Program-made: the position numbers and the translations under genes
The notes under the pieces: generated by a model
What the model was told of the DNA's origin: nothing
Seen by the model: the letters and a program-made list of their open reading frames with translations, nothing else
Databases searched by the model: none
Source of the DNA: Alphaproteobacteria bacterium
Lineage (GTDB): Bacteria > Pseudomonadota > Alphaproteobacteria > MPNO01
Assembly (NCBI GenBank): GCA_964291675.2
Contig: OZ219866.1
Location: 1,856,001-1,920,000, forward strand
Length of the DNA: 64,000 bases
Reading direction: 5' to 3'
Shown here: positions 32,510 through 41,991 of the stretch, one piece after another
Numbering within the stretch: the stretch's first letter is position 1
Layout: every line of letters begins with the position of its first letter

Positions 32510-32974
32510 CTACTTCCAGCGCGGCTCGATGCCCTCCTCGCGCAAGAACTCTTCGGCAAGCTCCCCGGCGCGCCGGTCCCGGAAGGCGTTGAAGGCGTCG
32601 ATCGTCTCCCGGTCGTCGACCCGCCTCTTCCACTGCCCGATCCGGCCGGAATAGGCGTCCGCCGCCCTTTGCCGGCGCGCTTCGTCGTCGGTCCAGTCCG
32701 AGCGCAGGAAGTCCCGCAGCATCCGGCCGTAATCCCCGCCGTCGAGGCTCGGGATGTCGAGATAGCGCCCGGGGTCGGCCTCGACGCGCTCGCGCAGCGC
32801 GCGGTTCTCCTCGGGCGGGATGCCGACCACGGACTCGGCGTCCTCGTCGTTCTCGTAGACCCAGAGCACTTCGCCGGTCCGCCGGTCGAGATGGAAGGTC
32901 TGCGGCTCGGCGTAGTCGAAGGACGCGCCTTCCTCGAAGGCGAGCATGAAGGAGGTTCGGTCGATCTCCACCAT
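32510..32974 (-). CDS. UPF0158 family protein
   Basis: FHLDRRTGEVLWV...RYLDIPSLDGGDYGRMLRDFL...AEEFLREEGIEPRW. Confidence 0.7.
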   Translation of the reverse strand: MVEIDRTSFMLAFEEGASFDYAEPQTFHLDRRTGEVLWVYENDEDAESVVGIPPEENRALRERVEADPGRYLDIPSLDGGDYGRMLRDFLRSDWTDDEARRQRAADAYSGRIGQWKRRVDDRETIDAFNAFRDRRAGELAEEFLREEGIEPRWK

Positions 32975-33011
32975 GCCCCGGTTCTGCCTCGCCCCGCCCC
33001 GCCGCGCAAGT

Positions 33012-33139
33012 CCCCCGGGGACGCGGGAGCGATTTCAGGCCGAATCGCGGTTTTCCATGCTGCCGTTACGGTTTCGGGCAATTCGTTGAAGCGATACATA
33101 GGTCAACAAGGTTGACCATTGTTTCACGTGAAACATTAG
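33012..33139. repeat. Left copy of a 128-bp inverted repeat containing a parS palindrome
   Basis: 33091-33139 is the exact reverse complement of 37261-37309; the outer 79 bp match at 59/79 without gaps (manual count). Confidence 0.9.
33120..33135. promoter_or_regulatory. parS: parS centromere-like site
   Basis: Perfect TGTTTCACGTGAAACA consensus. Confidence 0.85.
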
Positions 33140-34329
33140 ACCCGCCCGTCTTCGCCCAGCACCGAGAGGATTCCGAACAGGAAGGAGGCGGCGGCCGCGG
33201 CTATGACCACCGCCGCCACGGGGAGCGCGGTGCCGTCGTAGAGCATGGCGACGGCCTGGGTGAGCAGGCCCGACAGCAGGAACTGGGCGAAGACGACGAT
33301 GCCCGACGCGGTGCCGGTGAGCGCCGGGTCGGCCGACATGGCGGCGGCCTGGGCCTGCGGCATCGAGAGCCCTTGGCCGACCGAGAGGATCAGGATGGGC
33401 ACGAACAGCGCCGCCGGGGCGAGCGGCAGGCCGAGGGCGGGGGCGATCGCCGTCAGCGCGCCGGCCAGCGTGAGCCCGGTGCCGGAGACGATCAGCAGGC
33501 GGGCCGAGAGCCGCCCGCTCGCCCGGCCCGACAGGTAGTTGCCCAGCATGAACCCCGCCGGGCCGAGGGTGAACCAGAGCCCGTACTCGGTCGCGGGGCG
33601 GCCCAGCACGTCGACCATCAGATAGGCGGCGCCGGCATTGGCCGCCATGAAGGTCGCGCTCCCGAAGGCCGGGTTGGCCATGTGGAGCACGAAGCGCCGG
33701 CGCGCCAGCAGGCGGGCGAACCCGGCGGCGAGCCCGGTCGCGGGCGCGGCGGCGCCCGCCCGGGTCTCGCCGATCACCGCCACGGCGAGCAGCATCACCG
33801 CCAGCCCGAATCCGGCCGGCAGGATCATGATCGACTGCCAGCCGAGCGTGTCGGCGAGCCCGCCGCCGATGACCGGGGCGACCATCGGGCCGAGCACGTA
33901 GGCGGTCGTCAGATAGGCGATCATCTGCGGCAGGCGCTCGGCGCCGTAGACGTCGCTCACCATGGTGCGCGCCAGCACCACGCCGCAGGCCGCGCCCAGC
34001 CCCTGCAGGATGCGGCCGGCGATCAGCAGCTCGATCCCGGGCGCCGCCGCGCCGAGCGCCGCCCCGCCGGAGAACAGCGCGAGCCCGCCGATCAGCGTCG
34101 GCAGCCGGCCGATGCGGTCGGCCAGCGTGCCGTAGACCAGCGTGCCGGCCGCCATCGCCAGCATGGCGAGCGAGAAGGCGAGCTGCGCGGTGCCGGCATC
34201 GACCGCGAACGCGCGGCCGACGAAGGGGACGGCGGGGAAGAACAAATGGACCGAGAGCGGCCCGATCAGGGTGACGCCGACCAGGGCGGCGAACAGGACG
34301 GCGCCGGGCTCCGGCGGCCTCCGGGCCAT
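33136..34329 (-). CDS. Bcr/CflA-like multidrug MFS transporter
   Basis: GPLSVHLFFPAVP, YGTLADRIGRLP, GRILQGLGAACG, GPMVAPVIGG. Confidence 0.88.
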   Translation of the reverse strand: MARRPPEPGAVLFAALVGVTLIGPLSVHLFFPAVPFVGRAFAVDAGTAQLAFSLAMLAMAAGTLVYGTLADRIGRLPTLIGGLALFSGGAALGAAAPGIELLIAGRILQGLGAACGVVLARTMVSDVYGAERLPQMIAYLTTAYVLGPMVAPVIGGGLADTLGWQSIMILPAGFGLAVMLLAVAVIGETRAGAAAPATGLAAGFARLLARRRFVLHMANPAFGSATFMAANAGAAYLMVDVLGRPATEYGLWFTLGPAGFMLGNYLSGRASGRLSARLLIVSGTGLTLAGALTAIAPALGLPLAPAALFVPILILSVGQGLSMPQAQAAAMSADPALTGTASGIVVFAQFLLSGLLTQAVAMLYDGTALPVAAVVIAAAAASFLFGILSVLGEDGRV

Positions 34330-34342
34330 CGGCGCCCTGGGC

Positions 34343-35101
34343 TCAGTGCATCACCAGCCCGCCATCGACCAGGACGGTCTGGCCGGTGATGAAATCGCTC
34401 TCCGCCGAGGCGAGGAAGACCATGGTGCCGAGCAGGTCTTCCGGCATCTCGTCGCGCTTGAAGGCGCGCCCGGCGAGGTTCATGTCGATGTTGAACCGGA
34501 GCGCCTCGCGCTGGCTCTCGATCTGCTCGCTCATGGTGAAGCCCGGCGCGATGGAGTTCACCCTGATGCCGAAATCGCCGAGCTCGCGCGCCGCCGCCCG
34601 GGTCATCGCATCGACCGCGCCCTTGGACGAGACATAGTGCAGGAACCAGGGCACGCCGGCCTGCACGGTGGCCGACGAGATGTTGACGATCTTGCCGTAG
34701 CCCTGCTCTTTCATCTGCGGCACCACCGCCTTGATGCAGACGAAGGTGCCGCGCACGTTGACCGCCATCACCCGGTCCCACTCCTCGACCCCGATGTCGA
34801 GGAAGGAGCGGCGCTCGATGGCGGCGAAGATCGCCGCGTTGGGCACCATGACGTCGACCCGGCCGAAGCGCTCGACGGTCCGCGCCACGAGCTCGCCGAC
34901 CTGCGCCTCGTCGGACACGTCGACCTCCAGGCCGAGCGCCTCGCCGCCCGACTGGGCGATGGTGTTGACCACGTTGGTGCAGTCCTTCACGTCGCAGATC
35001 GCGACCTTCGCGCCCTCCTCGGCGAAGCGCCTGGCATAGGCCGCGCCGATCCCCTGCGCGGCGCCGGTGACGATGGCAACCCGGCCGTCGAGACGTCCCA
35101 T
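34343..35101 (-). CDS. SDR family oxidoreductase
   Basis: TGAAQGIG, YVSSKG (YxxxK), IRVNSIAPG, FITGQTVLVDGG. Confidence 0.92.
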   Translation of the reverse strand: MGRLDGRVAIVTGAAQGIGAAYARRFAEEGAKVAICDVKDCTNVVNTIAQSGGEALGLEVDVSDEAQVGELVARTVERFGRVDVMVPNAAIFAAIERRSFLDIGVEEWDRVMAVNVRGTFVCIKAVVPQMKEQGYGKIVNISSATVQAGVPWFLHYVSSKGAVDAMTRAAARELGDFGIRVNSIAPGFTMSEQIESQREALRFNIDMNLAGRAFKRDEMPEDLLGTMVFLASAESDFITGQTVLVDGGLVMH

Positions 35102-35186
35102 CCGTTCCCCCCTGGTCGCTGTGGATGCGCGCCGGAGGATACCGCAAGCCGCGCGCCGGTGCGATACTGGCCCGGGGAGGAGAGCC

Positions 35187-36065
35187 ATGGGCGAGGTCGA
35201 AGTCGCCGCAGGCGGCAACGCGGTGCTGGGCGAGAGCCCGCTCTGGTCGCCGGGCGAGGCGGCGCTCTACTGGGTCGACATCAACAACCCGACGGTGCAC
35301 CGGCTGGACCCGGCGAGCGGCGAGCGGAGGCGCTGGCGGATCGAGACCGAGACCGGCTCGATCGGCCTCGCCGGCGAGGGCCGGCTGGTGGCGGGGCTCA
35401 GGACCGGGGCGCATTATCTCGACCTCGAGAGCGGCAAGATCGAGAAGATCTGCGACCCCGAGGGCGAGGGCCGCTTCAACCGCAACCGGATGAACGACGG
35501 CAAGGTGGACCGCGCCGGGCGGTTCTGGGTGGGGACGATGAACGACCCCGGCCACGCGCCCGAGGGCACGCTGTGGCGGATCGGGGCGGACGGCGCGGCC
35601 GAGCCGATGCTGCGCGGGATCCGCATCCCCAACGCGCTCTGCTGGAGCCCGGACTCGTCCGTCATGTACTTCACCGACTCCTACTCGAACGAGATCTGGG
35701 CCTTCGACTTCGACCTCGCCACCGGGGCGATGGAGAACCGGCGGGTGTTCGCCCGCCTGCCCGAGGACGAAGGCGTGCCGGACGGCGCGACGGTGGACGC
35801 CGAGGGCTTCGTCTGGTGCGCCCGCATGTTCGGCGGCAAGGTGAGCCGCTTCGACCCCGACGGCGCCCTCGAACGCTCGATCGCGCTGCCGGTGCCGCAG
35901 GTCACGTCGTGCGCCTTCGGCGGGGCCGATCTCGACACGCTCTACATCACCACCGCCTCGCTCCGCATGGACCGCGCGGCGCTCGCCGGGCAGCCGCTGG
36001 CGGGCGCGCTGTTCGCCGCCGATCCCGGGGTGCGCGGCCTCGCCGAGCCGGAGTTCGGCGCCTGA
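35187..36065 (+). CDS. SMP-30/gluconolactonase family protein
   Basis: LGESPLW, RMNDGKVDRAGRFWVGTM, IPNALCWSPD, PDGATVDAEG, VTSCAFGG. Confidence 0.92.
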   Translation: MGEVEVAAGGNAVLGESPLWSPGEAALYWVDINNPTVHRLDPASGERRRWRIETETGSIGLAGEGRLVAGLRTGAHYLDLESGKIEKICDPEGEGRFNRNRMNDGKVDRAGRFWVGTMNDPGHAPEGTLWRIGADGAAEPMLRGIRIPNALCWSPDSSVMYFTDSYSNEIWAFDFDLATGAMENRRVFARLPEDEGVPDGATVDAEGFVWCARMFGGKVSRFDPDGALERSIALPVPQVTSCAFGGADLDTLYITTASLRMDRAALAGQPLAGALFAADPGVRGLAEPEFGA

Positions 36066-37264
36066 CCGAGGGGCGCGCCACCTCCTGGCCGGCGGTGGCG
36101 ACGATCGCCGTCGCCGGCATCGTGGCGGCGTTCCAGATCGGCAAGCTGCCGGCGGCGCTGCCGGGCTTGCGCGCCGAGCTCGGCCTGACCCTGGTGGAGG
36201 CGGGCTGGATCGTGTCCGCGCTGGCCGCGGTGGGCGTGGCCACCGGCATGGTCTGGGGCTTCGTCGCCGACCGCTTCGGCCACCGCCGCATGCTGCTGTC
36301 GGGGCTCGGCGTGATCGTCCTCGGCACCGCGCTCGGCAGCCTGGCCGAGACCGGGGCGGCGCTGTTCGCCACCCGCGTGGTCGAGGGCTGCGGCTATGTC
36401 GCGGTGCTGACCGCGGGGCCGACGGCGATCGGCGCCTTCTGCCGCGAGCGCGACCGGCCGATGGCGCTCGGCCTGTGGGCGTTCTACATGCCGGTCGGGC
36501 TGGCCGGCATGGTGGTGGTCTCGCCGGCGGCGATCGAGGCGGCGTCCTGGCGCGGGCTGTGGCAGCTCAACGGCGCGCTCGCGCTGGCCGCCATCGCGGC
36601 GGCGGCCTGGGCGACGCGGGACGCGCGCGGGGCGCGGGCGGCGACCGCCGCCGGCGGCGCGACGCCGATCTGGACCGCCATCCGCAAGACCGTCACCAGC
36701 CCGGGCCCGCCGACGCTCGCGGTCTGCTTCGCCGCCTACTCGCTGGTCTACCTCTCGGTCTCGGTCTTCCTGCCGACCTTCCTGATCGAGCGCCAGGGCT
36801 ACGCGCACCACGCCGCCGCCTACTGGGCGGCGCTCGCCATGGTGGCGAACGCGCCGGGCTGCGTGCTCGGCGGCTGGCTGCTCAGGCGCGGCTGGCCGGC
36901 GGCGCGGGTGGTCGGGCTCGCCTATCTCGGCATGCTGGTCTCGACGCCGCTGATCTTCGCCGACGGCATCGACCCCGCGCTCCGCCTCGGGGCCGCGATC
37001 TTCATGCCGTTCATCGGCGGCATGATCCCGCCCGCCGTGCTCGCCCGCACCGGGGCGCTGGCCGCCGCGCCCGGGCTCGCGGCCACCTGCGTCGGGCTGG
37101 TCAGCCAGGCGCTGATGCTCAACCAGCTCATCGGCCCGCCGCTGCTCGCCGCCCTGGTCGCCGGCCTCGCCTCCTGGGAGCGCGCCAACTGGCTCACCTT
37201 GCCGATGATCCTGCTCGGCCTCGCCGCCGCCTGGGTGCTGTCGCGGCTGGACAGGCGCGCCTAA
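36062..37264 (+). CDS. MFS transporter (CynX/NimT-like); start uncertain (CTG 36062 or GTG 36095)
   Basis: About 12 hydrophobic segments, AFQIGKLPAALP, GFVADRFGHRR; TAA stop lies inside the right inverted repeat. Confidence 0.8.
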   Translation: MTEGRATSWPAVATIAVAGIVAAFQIGKLPAALPGLRAELGLTLVEAGWIVSALAAVGVATGMVWGFVADRFGHRRMLLSGLGVIVLGTALGSLAETGAALFATRVVEGCGYVAVLTAGPTAIGAFCRERDRPMALGLWAFYMPVGLAGMVVVSPAAIEAASWRGLWQLNGALALAAIAAAAWATRDARGARAATAAGGATPIWTAIRKTVTSPGPPTLAVCFAAYSLVYLSVSVFLPTFLIERQGYAHHAAAYWAALAMVANAPGCVLGGWLLRRGWPAARVVGLAYLGMLVSTPLIFADGIDPALRLGAAIFMPFIGGMIPPAVLARTGALAAAPGLAATCVGLVSQALMLNQLIGPPLLAALVAGLASWERANWLTLPMILLGLAAAWVLSRLDRRA

Positions 37265-37388
37265 TGTTTCACGTGAAACAATGGTCAACCTTGTTGACCT
37301 ATGTATCGCGTCAGGAAACTGCCGGAAGCCGTAACAACAGCTCGCGAAACCGCGCTCCGGCGCGAAATCGGCCGCGCGTCCCCGGGGG
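37261..37388. repeat. Right copy of the 128-bp inverted repeat containing a parS palindrome
   Basis: Reverse complement of 33012-33139. Confidence 0.9.
37265..37280. promoter_or_regulatory. parS: parS centromere-like site
   Basis: Perfect TGTTTCACGTGAAACA consensus. Confidence 0.85.
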
Positions 37389-37490
37389 CCCTTCGATACG
37401 CCGCGCATCGCGTCCGGGGCGTATCAGGGGACCGGATTGCCGCGCCCGCGCGCCCGTGCGACAGTCGGGGCGGACGCGCGGGAGGGGGTC

Positions 37491-38096
37491 ATGCTGTTCC
37501 TCGTCACCTCGAAGGAGCCGAGACCGCACGGGACATGGCACACGCCCGCCCGCCATGCCGGCTGCCTCGCCCACTGGGTCGGCACGCATGTGTCGGGCGT
37601 CGCGGTGATCCACCCGATCATGTTCGTCCGGGGCTATGCGATCTATGTCGAGGCGGATAGCGGGCGCGCCTTGCGCGAGATCCTCGAAGGCAACCCGATG
37701 TGGCCCGACGAGACCTACCGGATCTACGTGCTGGAGGAGAACGGCCCCGTGAAGAACCAGCCCGTGCCCGAGGGCAAGCAGCGCTTCCTGATCCTCGCCC
37801 GCCCGGCCAAGCCGCTGCCGCCCGACCTCGACTACGCCGGCACCGACGCGATGCTGGAGCGCATCGCCGCCGAGCACGGCGCGATGGTGCATCGCCTGGT
37901 CGAGGACATCGCGGGCTACGCCATCCTGGTCGACGTGGCGAGCAACGACCAGATCCGCACCCTGCTGGAGCCGCTGCCGATCACCACCTTCGTCAACTAC
38001 GAGATCCTGCCGCTCGGCTCGATGGGCGGCCACGAGAGGCATATCGAGGCGCTCGGGCTCGACGTGCCGTTCGAGGGGAAGGGGGAGGGCGGGTAG
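37491..38096 (+). CDS. Hypothetical protein with two muconolactone-isomerase-like repeats
   Basis: GGAGG RBS; halves GYAIYVEADS..LREILEGNPM..YRIYVL and GYAILVDVASN..IRTLLEPLPI..YEILPL. Confidence 0.65.
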   Translation: MLFLVTSKEPRPHGTWHTPARHAGCLAHWVGTHVSGVAVIHPIMFVRGYAIYVEADSGRALREILEGNPMWPDETYRIYVLEENGPVKNQPVPEGKQRFLILARPAKPLPPDLDYAGTDAMLERIAAEHGAMVHRLVEDIAGYAILVDVASNDQIRTLLEPLPITTFVNYEILPLGSMGGHERHIEALGLDVPFEGKGEGG

Positions 38097-38139
38097 GGGG
38101 AGGCGGCCTTCGATACGCCCTTTCCTCCGTCTCATCCTG

Positions 38140-38399
38140 TTTGCGCGCCGCACCGAGCCGCGCTCGCGGGGAGGTTCGAGGTTCGCGCCGCGCGGCGGGT
38201 TGTCGACCGGCCATCGCCCGGGCGGCGGGCGGGCGCGCGCGCGGGCCTGCCGCCCGGCGGCGGGCGCCGCCACGAAGGCCCGCCGGCGGCCGATCCGCCG
38301 CGGCCCCTCTTCTTGCGCCGGGCGCAGGACCTCGGACAGCCGCGCCCTGGCCCCGGCGACGGTCCAGGCGCGGCGGGGGTCGGGAACCGGATCGGGCAT
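38140..38399 (-). pseudogene. Degenerate Phd/YefM-type antitoxin
   Basis: WTVAGARARLSEVLRPAQEEGPRRIG resembles a Phd N-terminus; no proper stop and no toxin gene downstream. Confidence 0.55.
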
Positions 38400-38510
38400 G
38401 CGTGCTCCGCTGAGATGCATGGTCCGACATGGTCCGGAATGTCACGGATATCGACCGCCGCGCGCTCCGGTCGGAACTACGAGGGGCGAAGCGCCGCGGG
38501 TCCTTCGATA

Positions 38511-39324
38511 GGGGCTTATCCAGATTACTTGACGAGCGGGGGGCCGCGACGTTTCGTCCGTCATACCCGGCCCCCGGATCAAGTCCGGGCGTGTTCCCCT
38601 GCTGTCCGGTCTCGCCTTTCGACGCGCGCCGCACCCGGCTCTCCCCGCTCCTCCACCGCCACCACCCCGTCATGGCCGGCCCCCGCTCCTTCTCCCCGTT
38701 GCTCCACCGACTCCCCCGCTACTCCCCACCCCGTCATGCCCGGACTTGATCCGGGCACCCATGGCCGGACTTGATCCGGCCACCCACCGGCGCCGCCACG
38801 CCTCCCCACGGCCCGCCGTGCGCGCCGATAGGCCGCATGGGTGCCCGGATCAAGTCCGGGCATGACGAGGGGGGAGCATGACAGGGGGAGCATGACGAGG
38901 TGGGGCAGCATGGAAGCATGGGGAGCGTTCGGGCGCTCGGGCACGACGCCGGGGATCGCCGGCGGGCACGCCGCAGATCGCGCCGCGCGGCCGCGCCGCC
39001 CCCCTTGGCGCCCGGCCCCCGCTCCTTCTCCCCGTTGCTCCACCGACACTCCCGCTACTCCCCCACCCCGTCATGCCCGGACTTGATCCGGCCACCCACT
39101 GGCGCCGCCCCCCCACGGGCCGCCTTGCGCGCCGAGAGGCCGCATGGGTGCCCGGATCAAGTCCGGGCATGACGAGGGGGGGGTGAACGGGCGGGGGGTG
39201 CATGACGAGGTGGGGAGGCATGGCGAGCGTTTCGACGTTCGGGCGCGACGCCGGGGATCGCCGGCGGGCGCGCCGCCCCCGTGGCGCCCGGCCCCCGCTC
39301 CGTCAAGCAATCTGGATAAGCCCC
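38511..39324. mobile_element. MITE-like element copy C (TSD CTTCGATA)
   Basis: TIR starts at 38511 and ends at 39324; CTTCGATA at 38503-38510 and 39325-39332; interior colinear with copy B but with fewer modules. Confidence 0.85.
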
Positions 39325-39455
39325 CTTCGATACGCCCCTTCCGGGCTGCTCAGGATGAGGCTTCGATACGCCCCCGTCAGGCTTGACGGCGCCGCCCCGG
39401 GCGGCGACTCTGGGGGTTCGGGCGGCAATCCAACCACCTTCGGCGGGGGAGAGTC

Positions 39456-40469
39456 ATGCGCGCGGTATGCTTGCGCGAACACGGCGGAATCGATGCGCTC
39501 AGGCTGGAGACCGACTTTCCGGACCCGGCGGTCGGCGAAGGCCAGGCGGTGATCCGCGTCCGCGCGACCTCGCTCAACTACCACGACGTGTTCACCTGCG
39601 ACGGCATGCCGGGCATCAAGGTGCCGATGCCGATGATCATCGGGCTCGACATCGCCGGCGAGATCGCCGAGATCGGGCCGGGGGTCGAGGGCTGGCGGGT
39701 CGGCGACGACGTGCTGGTCAACCCGCTCGATCCGATCGCCCCGGAGAAGGGGCTGATGGGCGAGATGGTGCTGGGCGGCACCGCCGAGTACTGCCTGGTC
39801 GACGCGACCCGGCTGATCGCCATCCCGGACGGGGTGAGCCACGCCCAGGCCGCGGCGCTGCCGGTCGCCTACGGCACCGCGCACCGCATGCTGTTCACCC
39901 ATGGCGGGCTGAAAGCGGGCGAGCGCATCCTGATCCTCGGCGCGAGCGGCGGGGTGGGCTCGTGCTGCGTGCTGCTCGCCAAGCTGGTCGGCGCCGAGGT
40001 GGTGGCCTGCGGCTCGACGCCGGAGAAGCTGGATGCGCTCAGGGAATGGGGCGCCGACCACGTGATCGACTACACCGAGACCCGGTTCGAGCGCGAGATC
40101 TGGAGGCTCTACGAGAAGCCGCACCGGCGGCGGTTTACCGGCGGCGTCGACATGGCGGTCAACTTCACCGGCGGCGATACCTGGGTGCCGAGCCTGAAGG
40201 CGCTCAAGCGCGGCGGCAGGCTGATGACCTGCGGCGCGACGGCGGGCTACGACCCGAGCGAGGATCTGCGCTACATCTGGACCTTCGAGCTCAAGGTGCT
40301 GGGCTCGAACAGCTGGGCGCCGGAGGACCTCACCCGGCTGATGGCGCTGATCGCCGACGGCAGGCTCGACCCCGTGATCGACTGCACGCTCCCGCTGGAG
40401 GAGACCCGCGAAGGCGTGCGCCGGCTGCGCGACCGCGAAGTGATCGGAAAGATCGTCATCGAGCCATGA
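39456..40469 (+). CDS. Zinc-type alcohol dehydrogenase / quinone oxidoreductase (MDR family)
   Basis: SLNYHD, GLDIAGE, LILGASGGVG, CGATAG, GKIVIEP. Confidence 0.88.
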   Translation: MRAVCLREHGGIDALRLETDFPDPAVGEGQAVIRVRATSLNYHDVFTCDGMPGIKVPMPMIIGLDIAGEIAEIGPGVEGWRVGDDVLVNPLDPIAPEKGLMGEMVLGGTAEYCLVDATRLIAIPDGVSHAQAAALPVAYGTAHRMLFTHGGLKAGERILILGASGGVGSCCVLLAKLVGAEVVACGSTPEKLDALREWGADHVIDYTETRFEREIWRLYEKPHRRRFTGGVDMAVNFTGGDTWVPSLKALKRGGRLMTCGATAGYDPSEDLRYIWTFELKVLGSNSWAPEDLTRLMALIADGRLDPVIDCTLPLEETREGVRRLRDREVIGKIVIEP

Positions 40470-41977
40470 CGCGGCCGCGCAACCTCGGCAGCGTGTTCGC
40501 ATCCCATGCCGGGAGCGACCGCCCGGCGGTGGTCGACCTGTTCGACCCGGACCGGCCGCGGAGCCTGAGCCACCGCGAGCTCGACCGCGCCTGCGGCGCG
40601 ATGGCGGCGGGGCTCGCCGCGCGCGGGCTCGGGCGCGGCGACCGGGTGGCGATCTGCGCGCTCAACCGCCTCGAATACCTGGTGGCGCTGTTCGGCGCGA
40701 TGCGGGCCGGCTGCGTGCCGGTGATGGTCAACATCAAGCTGCCCGAAGACACGATCCGCTTCATCGTCGCCGATTCGGGGGCGCGAATCGTCTTCGCCGA
40801 CGGCGACTTCGCCTTCGATCCGCCGGACGGCGTGGCGCTGATCTCGTTCGACGGCGCCGGCTGGCGGGCCTTCGCCGGGCCGGAGCCGGTACCGGCCACC
40901 CTGCCCGAGCCCGGCGACATCGCCGAACAGCCCTATACCTCGGGCTCGACGGGACGGCCCAAGGGCGTGCTGCTCGACCATGCGGGGCAGTGCTGGATGA
41001 TCGACAAGCTGGTCGAGACCCGCGCGCTGCGCGCCGACGATGCGAGCGTGATCTCGGCCCCGCTGTACCACAAGAACGCCCTGCTCGCCGTCAAGTCGGC
41101 GCTCGCCGCGGGCGGCTCCATCGTGCTCTTCGCCCGCTTCGATGCGCGTCGCTATATCCGCGCGATCGGGCGGTACGGGCTCACCATGCTGACCGGCGTG
41201 CCGACCATGTACGCGCTGATCCTGCAGGAGGAAGAGCTGCTGCGGGAGACCGATCTGAGCTCGGTCCGCGCCTGCTCGATGGGCTCGGCGCCGGCCTCGG
41301 ACAATCTGCTGGACGCGCTTGCGCTGACCTTCCCGGGCGCCGCGCTCAACCTCAACTACGGCATCACCGAGGGCGGGCCGATCCTGTTCTCGTGGAAGCA
41401 CCCGGACGGGCTGGAACGGCCGCGCATGACGGTCGGCTACCCGATCGACGGGGTCGAGATCAGGCTGGTCGGCGGACCCGATGCCGATGAGGGCACGCTG
41501 CATGTCCGGAGCCCGGGGGTGATGGCGGGCTACCACAACCTGCCGGACGACACCGCCCGCGTGCTGCGCGACGGCTGGCTCGACACCGGCGACGTGCTGA
41601 GCCGCGACGCCGACGGCTGGTACTACTTCGTCGGGCGGGTCGACGACATGTTCGTGACCGCGGGCGAGAACATCTACCCGGGCGCCGTCGAGGCGATGCT
41701 GGAGCGCCACCCCGACATCATGCAGGCGGTCGTGGTGCCGGCGCCCGACGCGCTCAAGGCGCATGTCCCGGTCGCCTTCGTCGTCGCCCGGCCGGATTCC
41801 GGGATGGACAAGGAGGCGGTCAAGCGCCACGCGCTCGCCAACGGGCCGGCCTACGCTCATCCGCGCCGCGTGTTCTTCGTCGACGCGCTGCCGCTGTCGG
41901 GCACCAACAAGATCGACCGCCGCGCCCTCCAGGCCCGCGCCGCCGCGGCCGCGCGGGAGAGCGGCACGGCGGGGTAG
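40466..41977 (+). CDS. Class I adenylate-forming enzyme (acyl-CoA ligase)
   Basis: YTSGSTGRPKG, YGITEGG, WLDTGD, GRVDDM, LPLSGTNKIDR. Confidence 0.9.
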   Translation: MTRPRNLGSVFASHAGSDRPAVVDLFDPDRPRSLSHRELDRACGAMAAGLAARGLGRGDRVAICALNRLEYLVALFGAMRAGCVPVMVNIKLPEDTIRFIVADSGARIVFADGDFAFDPPDGVALISFDGAGWRAFAGPEPVPATLPEPGDIAEQPYTSGSTGRPKGVLLDHAGQCWMIDKLVETRALRADDASVISAPLYHKNALLAVKSALAAGGSIVLFARFDARRYIRAIGRYGLTMLTGVPTMYALILQEEELLRETDLSSVRACSMGSAPASDNLLDALALTFPGAALNLNYGITEGGPILFSWKHPDGLERPRMTVGYPIDGVEIRLVGGPDADEGTLHVRSPGVMAGYHNLPDDTARVLRDGWLDTGDVLSRDADGWYYFVGRVDDMFVTAGENIYPGAVEAMLERHPDIMQAVVVPAPDALKAHVPVAFVVARPDSGMDKEAVKRHALANGPAYAHPRRVFFVDALPLSGTNKIDRRALQARAAAAARESGTAG

Positions 41978-41991
41978 GGCGTCCTTCGATA

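Noticed and set aside
38313-39386. Short ORFs inside the MITE copies (e.g. ...CPDQVRA, ...PRHART endings)
   Set aside because: They are translations of the repeated hairpins, recur in every copy and have no RBS or transposase motifs
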